This document shows, piece by piece, positions 9,753 through 17,845 of a stretch of DNA of 50,210 nucleotides. The DNA is taken from positions 100,326 to 150,535 of the forward strand of contig DHWH01000015.1 of the NCBI GenBank assembly GCA_002413065.1. Direction: 5' to 3'. This stretch comes from Patescibacteria group bacterium UBA5187 (lineage in GTDB: Bacteria; Patescibacteriota; Minisyncoccia; Phycocordibacterales; PALSA-1337). The first letter of the stretch is position 1. The number at the start of each line of letters is the position of its first letter. The position numbers and the translations under genes were made by a program. The notes beneath the pieces are model-generated. The model did not search any database and was not told the origin of the DNA. It was given only the letters and a program-made list of their open reading frames with translations.

Positions 9753-10679
9753 TTAAGGCCTTCGGGCTTTTTTTATTTGTACGGTTGCACCATCCGAAGT
9801 GATCTTTACCGTCCCGGATTCTTTCAGATTGAATTTCCTATCTTCAGAAAGATACGCGAACGGATCTGGAATTATCTTCTTTTTTGTTCCTTCCCTGTCC
9901 AAGGTTTTTGAATACACGAGATATGCCGGTGATATTTTTTTAATAAGCTCTGGAGATACATTCGCAGGCAGTGCGCTGTGCGAAACGATCAAGACATCCG
10001 CTTGATCTACACCCGAAGAAGTTAGAGACCCCGTTGATGGTGGAGACGTCAGGAATTTCTGTACTTTATTTGATGCATTTCCCAGAAATACAATGGAGGT
10101 TGCGCCGAACGATACATTAAATAAAATTTCCGGCGCACTGGCTTTTGAATAAGTAAATTGTTTGGCGGGAACGGGAAAAAGTGGCCGCAATGATGTTTTT
10201 TGGTCAAGTGCAACGCTGTCGCCGGCCGAAAGCTCGCTCGTATGGATGCCTTCCCTGCTCAATGTATCGAGAAACGTGGAATAGATCTGATCGGTGGAAC
10301 TGGAAATACCAAGCGTTTGAAGTATCTGGCCTGGAATATATGCCTCGCCTATTTGGTATCTTTCCAAAACATCTATAAGTCCGGATATATTTTTACCCTC
10401 GGCATTCGTCGCTATGACAGAATCGATACGCCTGGAATAAAAAGGTAAAATGCCTGTGATTTCACGAATGATGTTTGAGTTGGAACCTCCATCGATAAGA
10501 ATCCGTTTGTCTTCGGGAGTCCGGACGAACATCGAACGTCCGCTTGGAAGAGAAAAAACATATACTTCGAGAATGGGCGGCCGATGCTCCTCGCGCCACG
10601 CATACACACCGATGCCTGTGACGGCCAAAGCTGCCGATGTAGCAATAATGACCGGTTTTGAAATACTTTTCATAGTCAT
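9753..10679 (-). CDS. membrane-anchored ComEC-type metallo-beta-lactamase-fold domain protein with degenerate active site
   Basis: N-terminal TM (PVIIATSAALAVTGIGVYAW). VFSLPSGRSMFVRTPEDKRILIDGG...RIDSVIATNAEGKNISGL aligns with the ComEC C-terminal pattern flDVGQGda..i.....iLiDgG...iD.lvlTHpHaDHigGl, but the HxHxDH histidines are replaced (TNAEGKN). Confidence 0.65.
   Translation of the reverse strand: MTMKSISKPVIIATSAALAVTGIGVYAWREEHRPPILEVYVFSLPSGRSMFVRTPEDKRILIDGGSNSNIIREITGILPFYSRRIDSVIATNAEGKNISGLIDVLERYQIGEAYIPGQILQTLGISSSTDQIYSTFLDTLSREGIHTSELSAGDSVALDQKTSLRPLFPVPAKQFTYSKASAPEILFNVSFGATSIVFLGNASNKVQKFLTSPPSTGSLTSSGVDQADVLIVSHSALPANVSPELIKKISPAYLVYSKTLDREGTKKKIIPDPFAYLSEDRKFNLKESGTVKITSDGATVQIKKARRP
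9755..9777 (+). terminator. intrinsic terminator after rpmB
   Basis: AAGGCC-ttcg-GGCTTT followed by TTTTT. It overlaps the 3' end of the convergent ORF. Confidence 0.55.
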
Positions 10680-10699
10680 GCCGTCATTCTATATGCCTG

Positions 10700-10753
10700 A
10701 GATAAAATCCTGATAAATTAAAGTTAAATTCCGGATAAAAAAAGGTTAAAATT
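10700..10753 (-). promoter_or_regulatory. conserved upstream element, copy A (upstream of the ComEC MBL-half gene)
   Basis: Plus strand agataaaatcctgataaattaaagttaaattccggataaaaaaaggttaaaatt. About 85% identical, with 2 single-nt indels, to 13274-13327. It starts 21 nt upstream of the start codon. Confidence 0.5.
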
Positions 10754-10853
10754 CGATGTGAGGTGCGCTATACTGTATGGCAACGGCACAGCATGCACAG
10801 CGTACGCATATGATCGCTTTTTAATGTCATTTACAAATAACTAAACACCCATT

Positions 10854-11450
10854 ATGAAACAATTCACCGCAAAAACATTTTCAATACCGGAACTCAAAGG
10901 CATTTCCGCAAAAAATATCGAGGAGCACATGAAGCTGTACCAAGGATATGTAAAACACGCGAACCTCATTCTTGGGAAAATCGAGGAATTGAAAGGTGAT
11001 GCAGAAAAAAATGCCTATGCCTTGGGCGAAATCAACCGCCGATTCGGGTTTGAATACAACGGCATGCGCAACCACGAAGTATATTTCGCCTCACTTGAGG
11101 GAGGAGCAAAAGGACTAACCGACGGAAGCCTCTTGAAGCAAATGATCACTGAAAATTGGGGTTCTTTCGAAGCGTGGCTAGCGGAATTTAAATCAATTGC
11201 GATGACCCGCGGAATCGGATGGGCCATGCTGTATTATGATCGCAAAGACAATCGACTTTTGAATGCCTGGATAGACGAACAGCACTTGGGTCAACTGCAG
11301 GATTGCGCTCTTATTCTTGGCTTGGATATGTGGGAACATTCATATGTCGCCGACTATCAGCCATCGGGCAAAAAAACGTACATTGAAGATTTCTTTGCAA
11401 ATATAAATTGGAATGTATTAGAGGAAAATGTTACGAAGGTGCAAAAGTAA
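10854..11450 (+). CDS. Fe/Mn-family superoxide dismutase
   Basis: EEHMKLYQGYVKHAN, YNGMRNHEVYF and LGLDMWEHSYVADYQ place the His/His/Asp/His metal ligands in the usual SOD positions. Confidence 0.88.
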   Translation: MKQFTAKTFSIPELKGISAKNIEEHMKLYQGYVKHANLILGKIEELKGDAEKNAYALGEINRRFGFEYNGMRNHEVYFASLEGGAKGLTDGSLLKQMITENWGSFEAWLAEFKSIAMTRGIGWAMLYYDRKDNRLLNAWIDEQHLGQLQDCALILGLDMWEHSYVADYQPSGKKTYIEDFFANINWNVLEENVTKVQK

Positions 11451-11489
11451 CAGCTCGACTGAGTCCTATTCAGGAATCCGAAAGAACAA

Positions 11490-11512
11490 ATAAAAAACAT
11501 CCCGAGGGATGC
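11490..11512 (-). terminator. intrinsic terminator (minus strand)
   Basis: Minus-strand CATCCC-tcg-GGATG followed by TTTTTTATTTG. Confidence 0.7.
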
Positions 11513-11850
11513 TGTCGTGTTCGCATGTATTCACAAGAGACTTGTACCTAATCGAGTCCGAAAGACTCGGCCAAAATGAGTGCGTGGTATTTCGGTAAAA
11601 AGCGCTCAGCCCGGCGGCGTTGAAACCAAGTTGGCACAATATTCGGACGTCGCCCTTCAAAGACGATGTGGACTTTTCCAAAGCCTCTCTGAGAGAAGAG
11701 CCTGCTGAGTCTTGTGCGTCCGAATGAATACCGGTCGAAACGACAAGGTTTGGGTGAATTTGCAAGAAGCTCCAAAGCTTTCTCGCGAGATAAAATTTTG
11801 GTTGGCATATCTGAACATAAAACTAGCATGAATAGAATATGGGGACAATC
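11513..11850 (-). ncRNA. candidate structured ncRNA or comEC 3' UTR, family not identified
   Basis: About 340 nt without a convincing ORF between the comEC stop (11851) and the terminator. 9-bp long-range helix 11641-11649/11717-11725. 6-bp hairpin 11553-11558/11564-11569. Further local stems. Confidence 0.3.
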
Positions 11851-13251
11851 TCATTTAAGTTCAGGTTTTTTGCTCTTTAACGTAAGTACGGCATACATTA
11901 CTGCAAACGCCACATAAAATCCGACTACCCACCAGCCGGAAAAAGCCGGAATATGAACGGACGCAAACGAAAAAAGTGCGAAATGCTGAACCATAAAAAG
12001 TTCGTAAGATAAAAGCAGGTGAGTAACCCATCCGAGCACATACGCGAGAGGTAGCCAGATCATGCCAGCCATTCCTGTAAGAAAAACGAAAAGCATGGTT
12101 GCGGGAATAAGCGGCAGAACAAGGATATTTACGACCATGCCAATGATCGAAAGTTGACCCATCATGTACAGAATGTAAGGAGAAACGAATATCTGTGTAG
12201 CGATAGTCGAAGCGACGATACCCCGCATGCCGAATTTTTCAGGAATATACCTCAAACGTTTTTCAATGGGGCTGGCCAATAAAATAAGTCCGAGTGTCGC
12301 AAGAAAAGAAAGCTGGAATGACGGATCATGCAAAAGAATCATCGGATTTTGAATGATCATAACAAGAGCAGCGAAGATAAGTGCCCGCATCACGCTATAG
12401 TCACGGCGAATAAGGTCAGCCGAAAGGGCTATCCCCGCCATGAAACATGAGCGCACAACCGTCGCTCCTCCGCCGACAAGAATACCGAAAAGCATGATGC
12501 CGATACCGCCAACACTGATTCCCCAGACACGCGGCAAAAATGAAAGTATACGGCGCATCGCATCTCCCACGACCGTAATGTTGTATCCGGATAAAACTAC
12601 TATATGAATGAGACCTACCGTACGGAAATCATCCAGCAGATCTTTGCCCAAAGCGGCCTTCTCGCCTACGACCAGTCCGGCTGCCAAAGCGGCATGAGGT
12701 TCTCCAAGTGTTTTCTCCAGAGCAGTCACAAATTTTCCTTTCAGAGAAAATAAAGCGGAAAATATCCTATCCCGAATGCCCCGGAAAAATGATCGAGAAT
12801 CTTTTGTATCTGTTATGGCATCTCTTTTACCAGCGGCCGATTCCACGACCGCGCTTTTCATTTCATAAAAAATGTCATCCTTCGCCAAATATCCCTTATA
12901 ATCGAACGAACGATCACTTCCGCTATCAAAATTGGCCGGACGCAACAATTTTCCTGTAAATGTCACGTGATCATTGTATTGAAACCGCGGATAGAGCTTT
13001 GTTTTGAGACGGATGCGAAAATCCGGGGTGCACCTTTCGCCATTGTCCTGAATATGAAGTTCTGCGGCCTTCAAAACGAATACTTGGCCGGATTCTTTGC
13101 GCTCAGGTTCCTCAACTATGTAACCTATACCTCGCACATGCTGACCGACACAGCCAGAAAGATCCGGCATTTGCACGGCAAATGATTGCCACACACGAAA
13201 AAGTGCAGCCGCGATGAATAAGCTCCAAAAAATAACAATGCTCCTTTTCAT
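11851..13251 (-). CDS. comEC: ComEC/Rec2 DNA internalisation channel, N-terminal OB-like (DUF4131) plus competence TM domain only
   Basis: HAALAAGLVVGEKAALGKDLLDDFRTVGLIHIVVLSGYNITVVG and a polytopic TM region typical of the Competence domain. It ends at 466 aa without the MBL domain. Confidence 0.9.
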   Translation of the reverse strand: MKRSIVIFWSLFIAAALFRVWQSFAVQMPDLSGCVGQHVRGIGYIVEEPERKESGQVFVLKAAELHIQDNGERCTPDFRIRLKTKLYPRFQYNDHVTFTGKLLRPANFDSGSDRSFDYKGYLAKDDIFYEMKSAVVESAAGKRDAITDTKDSRSFFRGIRDRIFSALFSLKGKFVTALEKTLGEPHAALAAGLVVGEKAALGKDLLDDFRTVGLIHIVVLSGYNITVVGDAMRRILSFLPRVWGISVGGIGIMLFGILVGGGATVVRSCFMAGIALSADLIRRDYSVMRALIFAALVMIIQNPMILLHDPSFQLSFLATLGLILLASPIEKRLRYIPEKFGMRGIVASTIATQIFVSPYILYMMGQLSIIGMVVNILVLPLIPATMLFVFLTGMAGMIWLPLAYVLGWVTHLLLSYELFMVQHFALFSFASVHIPAFSGWWVVGFYVAFAVMYAVLTLKSKKPELK

Positions 13252-13273
13252 ACGAAGTCATTGTACGAACACA

Positions 13274-13327
13274 AGATAAATTCCAGATAAAATAAAGTTA
13301 AAATCCGGATAAAGAAAAGGTAAAATC
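13274..13327 (-). promoter_or_regulatory. conserved upstream element, copy B (upstream of comEC)
   Basis: Plus strand agataaattccagataaaataaagttaaaatccggataaagaaaaggtaaaatc. It starts 23 nt upstream of the comEC start codon and matches copy A. Confidence 0.5.
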
Positions 13328-13358
13328 TTATCGAGCGACACCCCTATTTCTGCACGCT

Positions 13359-14114
13359 CTACACAGTTCCAAACTCATCGATGATTCTGACCTGGTCTTC
13401 GATATTCAATGCTTTTTTGTAACGGGCACCTTTGGCGCCTTTTACTCGTTTTTCGCATTCTGCCCACGAGTGGTGGACTTCGATGACTCCTCCGACTGAA
13501 CTGATATAGGAATACGCTTTGGCTTTCGAGTGGGACGATGAAGATTTTTTTGCCGCAGCTTTCTCGCTGTCATGCGAGATGTCCATGATATTCGGCAGAT
13601 CATAACCGGAAAGAGGGCCGCTATAAAGTTTAATTTCCATTCCATCGGCAAAAGCGGTTGCAATATGGTCACATCGTTCATTGCCGAGAATGCCCACATG
13701 GCCTCCGACGTATTTCCATACAACCGTTCGAGATTCGATGGCATCGGCAAGCTTTGTCCATAAATCTTTATTCAAAACATCATTTTTAGTTTTGGTTTTC
13801 CAATCATTGCGTTTCCAACCATGAATCCATTTCGTAATTCCGTTGATCACATAGGATGAATCCGTAAAAACGCTCGCTTCGCTATTTTGGGGCGTATGAG
13901 AAAGTCCCTGAATTGCCGCCATGAGTTCCATTCTATTATTTGTAGTTGGATTTTCACTACCGCCAAGTTCAGTGATATAGGGTTCACTTTTTTTATGTGC
14001 AGCCGTGCCACCTTCACTTTTCACTTTGGAATTTTCATTTTGGACTACGACACTGCCCCAGCCACCCGGACCAGGGTTGCCTCGAGACGAGCCGTCGGTA
14101 AAAATAGTTATCAT
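13359..14114 (-). CDS. rnhA: ribonuclease HI with a C-terminal hybrid-binding (Cauli_VI-like) domain
   Basis: ITIFTDGSSRGNPGPGGWG, NNRMELMAAIQGL, VFTDSSYV and GHVGILGNERCDHIA form the RNase H core. C-terminal AYSYISSVGGVIEVHHSWAECEKRVKGAKGARYKKALNIEDQ matches the RNase H1 HBD pattern. Start moved to the ATG at 14112-14114. Confidence 0.85.
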   Translation of the reverse strand: MITIFTDGSSRGNPGPGGWGSVVVQNENSKVKSEGGTAAHKKSEPYITELGGSENPTTNNRMELMAAIQGLSHTPQNSEASVFTDSSYVINGITKWIHGWKRNDWKTKTKNDVLNKDLWTKLADAIESRTVVWKYVGGHVGILGNERCDHIATAFADGMEIKLYSGPLSGYDLPNIMDISHDSEKAAAKKSSSSHSKAKAYSYISSVGGVIEVHHSWAECEKRVKGAKGARYKKALNIEDQVRIIDEFGTV

Positions 14115-14210
14115 GCGAGTATAGTAGCACAAGAAAATTGAGTATAAAAAATGCCTAGCGCAGAAATTTCCTGCACTAGGCACCGAATCGGAACCGACGG
14201 CGGCGAACAA

Positions 14211-14654
14211 TTATTTCAATTCGGCGGCGTAGAATGCCTGGCGGTCCTCGATCTCGTTGAGAGTGACCGCATCGCGCGGCGCATTGGCGTCATCGGGGAT
14301 TCCGGCCTCGGCCAAAATTGCTTGGCGAGTGGCATCATCGTGATTGTAGCCAATAATCCGGCCATTGAGCGTATCAACCGAGCCTTTGTCGAGTTTGACG
14401 CCGGGTTGTTTGGCGATCCACGCTTCAAACTGCGGATAGGTCGGCCGGTCAGTCTTGATGTAATTAATGGCCGCGGTACGATCGAAGCCGAGGCCGCTGA
14501 TGACAAAATCATCAAAGCCTTGGCCGGCACCTGGATAACCGGCGGCCAACTTTCCTTGGGCTTCAAGGGAGAGTTTTTGCCACAAGCGCGGCACTTGCAG
14601 GACGCCATTCTGGCCTGGAATTCGCGAACTAATTAATGGTACAAACGTTTGCAT
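14211..14654 (-). CDS. conserved hypothetical protein (possibly DUF5069-like), G+C-rich
   Basis: 147-aa ORF. GVLQVPRLWQKLSLEAQGKLAAGYPGAGQGFDDFVISGLGFD recalls the G-x-hydrophobic-LPR-xxx-K...G-x-L...Y...D...G-hydrophobic-D pattern. The family call is from memory and uncertain. Three overlapping shadow ORFs reflect the high G+C. Confidence 0.55.
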   Translation of the reverse strand: MQTFVPLISSRIPGQNGVLQVPRLWQKLSLEAQGKLAAGYPGAGQGFDDFVISGLGFDRTAAINYIKTDRPTYPQFEAWIAKQPGVKLDKGSVDTLNGRIIGYNHDDATRQAILAEAGIPDDANAPRDAVTLNEIEDRQAFYAAELK

Positions 14655-14757
14655 AACTTTATTTTTCTTTTGGAACTGTATTACATTTCTGATACTCTCT
14701 TAATTCATAGAGGGGAGCATCAGTCTGCCACATCTCACAGGGGATCTGCGAGAATAC

Positions 14758-14823
14758 TTGTGACAGCAGGTAAAAGTTCAATCTTCCTGATCAGGCTAAT
14801 CAAACCCTTGCATGCTGTCACAA
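14758..14823. repeat. 66-bp imperfect palindrome
   Basis: TTGTGACAGCA (14758-14768) and TGCTGTCACAA (14813-14823) are 11-bp perfect arms. The nested palindrome CCTGATCAGG (14786-14795) has exactly the same centre (14790.5). Confidence 0.6.
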
Positions 14824-14891
14824 ATTGTTCCTAAGTAAGCTCATGACAAAAAACGAGACTTTTCAGAAACTAACATGTTGCGCTGTATTTG

Positions 14892-16628
14892 TCAAAAAAT
14901 AACTTCCACAACCCGCAATCTTAATTCCGCCTTATTTCTATACATGGATTTTTCGATAGAAGCGATCAGGTCTAGAGGCTTATCAGCTTTAGCTACCTTG
15001 GCCCAGTCGCTCGTCGCGCCGAAAAATGAGATTGCCGAAATTTTATCGCCATTACTCTTTTTAAAGACCAGCTCCATATGATCGCGTGTTTTCCCGAATT
15101 TTCTAACTGCCGACGGTGAAACATTTCGAAAAAGGAAGAGGGTTTTTGGATTACCAACGCCGAATGGCGCAAGTTTATTTACGTCTTCATGAAGCGCAGA
15201 ATCAACGGCATCGATAGAAAGCTCGGCGTCGATCATGTTATCCTCGGCATCTTTCCCGGACGCCCCGCCTTCCTGCCTTTTTTCATTCTCCACCTTCCCC
15301 GCCGCTTCATTCAATCTCTGCTCCAAAAAATGTATCTGTTCATCGGTAACTTCAAATCCTCCCGAATGATGATGCCCTCCGAATTGGAAAAACATGCCGG
15401 TTGGCACCGCGCGCATCAATTGGACAACGCTCGAAGTTCCCTCCGAACGGCATGAACCCTTTATGACATTGTCTCCGGCGCGGCCCCACAAAAATACTGG
15501 CCGGTTGAATTCTTCGGCGCAGGAATTTGCAGCCAAACCCAGAAGCGAGGGCCTCCACAGAGGATTACCGAGCACGATAACATTGGGAATTGAAGTTCCA
15601 TGCCTCTCGCGAACCGTTTTTTTCACTTCTTTGACGAGAGAAGCGACAATTCCCTTTCGTTCATTGTTGATGGCATCAAGATGTTCTGCATACCTGTATG
15701 CATCCGTATCAGTATCGGCTGCAAGCAACCGGAACGCATCCATCGGCACACCCATTCGCGAAGCGGCATTTATTCGCGGCGTGATCATGAATGCAATGTC
15801 ATCTTCGGTCAGATGTCTTTGGGACATCTTGAGCTTGTGGAATAATTGCATCAATCCTTTGCGCGGACTTTTTCGAAGTACAGCCAAACCATAATGAGCG
15901 AAAATCCGATTTTCTCCCGTTAACGGCACCATGTCCGACATCGTAGCTATTCCCACCAAGTCCAGCAGCCATTTTTCAATTCCCTCTTTGAGGCCAAACC
16001 GATTTTTCTTCAGCACGGCCTGAATTAATTTGTATGCCACTCCCGATCCGCACAAATTTTTATCCGGATACAGACAGTCCGCTTGCCTATGATCGATAAT
16101 CGCAAATGCCGGAGGCAATTCCGCCGGAGGTTCGTGGTGGTCTGTCACGATCACATCAATGCCCAGCTCTTTTGCGCGTGCAATAGGCTTTACATCCGTA
16201 ATTCCGCAATCAATTGTAATAAGCAATCGCACTCCTTCCGCAGCGAGCTTTTCGACGGCTTCGATATGCACGCCAAAACCTTCATTGTGGCGATGAGGAA
16301 TGTAAATAATATAATTCGCGTAACCGATCCTTTTCAAAAAATCATTGAACAATGCCGCGCCCGGAATACCATCTGCATCATAATCGGAGTAAATGACTAT
16401 TTTTTCATTCCGCTGTATGGCGCGAATGATGCGCTCGGCGGATTTTTCCGCATCTTTGAGGAGAAATGGATCATGAGTCCCCGTGTCATATGCCGGCGCG
16501 ATAAATTGTTCAGCGGACTGCATAGTGATCAACCCGCGATGAAATAAAATGTGCGCGAGAACATCCGAATACGCCGAAAGATCACTTCGTTCAGTTAGCG
16601 TTAGCGCACGTCTGATGCTGTAGGCCAT
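14892..16628 (-). CDS. recJ: single-stranded-DNA-specific exonuclease RecJ
   Basis: DHH family motifs: VIYSDYDADGIPG, ITIDCGI, VIVTDHHEPP, plus the DHHA1 region GGHHHSGG. Confidence 0.93.
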   Translation of the reverse strand: MAYSIRRALTLTERSDLSAYSDVLAHILFHRGLITMQSAEQFIAPAYDTGTHDPFLLKDAEKSAERIIRAIQRNEKIVIYSDYDADGIPGAALFNDFLKRIGYANYIIYIPHRHNEGFGVHIEAVEKLAAEGVRLLITIDCGITDVKPIARAKELGIDVIVTDHHEPPAELPPAFAIIDHRQADCLYPDKNLCGSGVAYKLIQAVLKKNRFGLKEGIEKWLLDLVGIATMSDMVPLTGENRIFAHYGLAVLRKSPRKGLMQLFHKLKMSQRHLTEDDIAFMITPRINAASRMGVPMDAFRLLAADTDTDAYRYAEHLDAINNERKGIVASLVKEVKKTVRERHGTSIPNVIVLGNPLWRPSLLGLAANSCAEEFNRPVFLWGRAGDNVIKGSCRSEGTSSVVQLMRAVPTGMFFQFGGHHHSGGFEVTDEQIHFLEQRLNEAAGKVENEKRQEGGASGKDAEDNMIDAELSIDAVDSALHEDVNKLAPFGVGNPKTLFLFRNVSPSAVRKFGKTRDHMELVFKKSNGDKISAISFFGATSDWAKVAKADKPLDLIASIEKSMYRNKAELRLRVVEVIF

Positions 16629-16770
16629 TCCGGAAAGTATAGCAGATGCGAAACATTAAATACGCCGGGGTTATGGCTCATCAAGTGAGTTCAAGAAACT
16701 TGCATAGAAAATTGAATCTGCGTGACCACCTATTGACATAATACCAATCAGATGTAATGATTTATTCAGA

Positions 16771-17325
16771 ATGAAACTTAAAACTGTTTGCCAGCCCGGG
16801 ACTGACCCGAATGTCCAAGACCTGATTCAGGTTTGCGAAGAGAAATTACCGGAATTCATGCGGAACGCGTTACCCGACATGAAGATTTCGCTAATCACGA
16901 AACCGCAAATTGATCTGGAAATCCCAATATGCAAGTCGTCCAAGTCGAAGGTAACGACCGATAAAAAGTGGTCGATTGCAGTTGCGCCGCAAGACGCAAG
17001 ATTTCCGACGATTTACATTTACTTTGGCAAGGATAATGATGCCCGGAGCACATACCTGTTCCAAAGGAATCTGCTTTCCGCAATTCTCGAATGCGGCTGG
17101 AGGAAAAAACGCCTTTCAAAAGCCGTGGCAACGGCTCACTGTGAAAGCGGTGTGGAGAAATATACAACTCACACCTTTTTCATCAATGAGCTTCCCCGGC
17201 ATTTGATGAGCGGCGAAAGCTGCGAGTCGGCAGCGGAACTCTCGATAAAGAAGAGATTTCTGCGACATCTCGAAAAAGAATTCGCGGTTAGCATTCCACC
17301 GACCCAAAAGAAAAAAAGATCCTGA
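16771..17325 (+). CDS. hypothetical protein
   Basis: 184-aa ORF with an upstream TTGACA-N16-TAATGA promoter-like site (16733-16760) and its own terminator. No family recognised. Confidence 0.5.
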   Translation: MKLKTVCQPGTDPNVQDLIQVCEEKLPEFMRNALPDMKISLITKPQIDLEIPICKSSKSKVTTDKKWSIAVAPQDARFPTIYIYFGKDNDARSTYLFQRNLLSAILECGWRKKRLSKAVATAHCESGVEKYTTHTFFINELPRHLMSGESCESAAELSIKKRFLRHLEKEFAVSIPPTQKKKRS

Positions 17326-17327
17326 CC

Positions 17328-17350
17328 GGCCCACCCTTGGGCCTTTTTTA
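17328..17350 (+). terminator. intrinsic terminator
   Basis: GGCCCA-ccct-TGGGCC followed by TTTTTTATTT. Confidence 0.7.
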
Positions 17351-17450
17351 TTTATAAAACTAAAAGAGCAGGGTCTGTGAATGATTTCGCCGCATCAATG
17401 GCCTTGAAATGAAAATATTGCCGCGGCGGCATATGTAGTACAATATCCAT

Positions 17451-17828
17451 ATGGACTCATGTATTTTTTGTAAAATTATCCATAAAGAAATTCCGGCGCA
17501 CATCGTATACGAGGATGAAAAGTTCCTTGCCTTTCTCGATACCCGTCCGTTATCGGCCGGTCACAGTCTAGTGATTCCAAAGACGCACTACCGTTGGGTA
17601 TGGGATGTTCCGAATCTAGGCGAATACTTCGAAGTTGCCGGGAAAATTGCCCGCGCTCAACAAAAAGCCTTCTGTCAGGAAAAAATTCTAAGCAGAATCG
17701 TGGGCGATGAAGTGCCTCATGCTCATATTTTGCTGATCCCTGATCCGGAGACGACACAAGGCGATAAAAAAGATTTTGAAATTAATAAGAAAAAATTGAC
17801 CGAGACATTGCGCGCGCAAAGTCATTGA
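17451..17828 (+). CDS. HIT (histidine triad) family nucleotide hydrolase
   Basis: CIFCKIIHKEIPAHIVYEDEKFLAFLDTRPLSAGHSLVIPK and VPHAHILLIP. Confidence 0.9.
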   Translation: MDSCIFCKIIHKEIPAHIVYEDEKFLAFLDTRPLSAGHSLVIPKTHYRWVWDVPNLGEYFEVAGKIARAQQKAFCQEKILSRIVGDEVPHAHILLIPDPETTQGDKKDFEINKKKLTETLRAQSH

Positions 17829-17845
17829 AACGTTTGGGAATCAAA

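Noticed and set aside
11671-11680. Minus-strand GGAAAAGUCC, similar to the RNase P P4 5' strand.
   Set aside because: It has an extra A. No GUGGACUU partner is present. The motif sits in the middle of a ~340-nt region, with too little sequence downstream for the specificity and catalytic domains. It is adjacent to GGCUUU and forms a local hairpin instead.
11466-11854. Three overlapping minus-strand ORFs (99, 93, 65 aa) in three frames, and a 67-aa plus-strand ORF.
   Set aside because: No frame dominates and there are no motifs. The region is better explained as structured non-coding RNA.
14151-14636. 161-aa plus-strand ORF and 130-aa minus-strand ORF (14216-14608) overlapping 14211-14654.
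   Set aside because: These are shadow ORFs caused by high G+C. Only the 147-aa frame shows a family-like pattern and sensible start and stop context.
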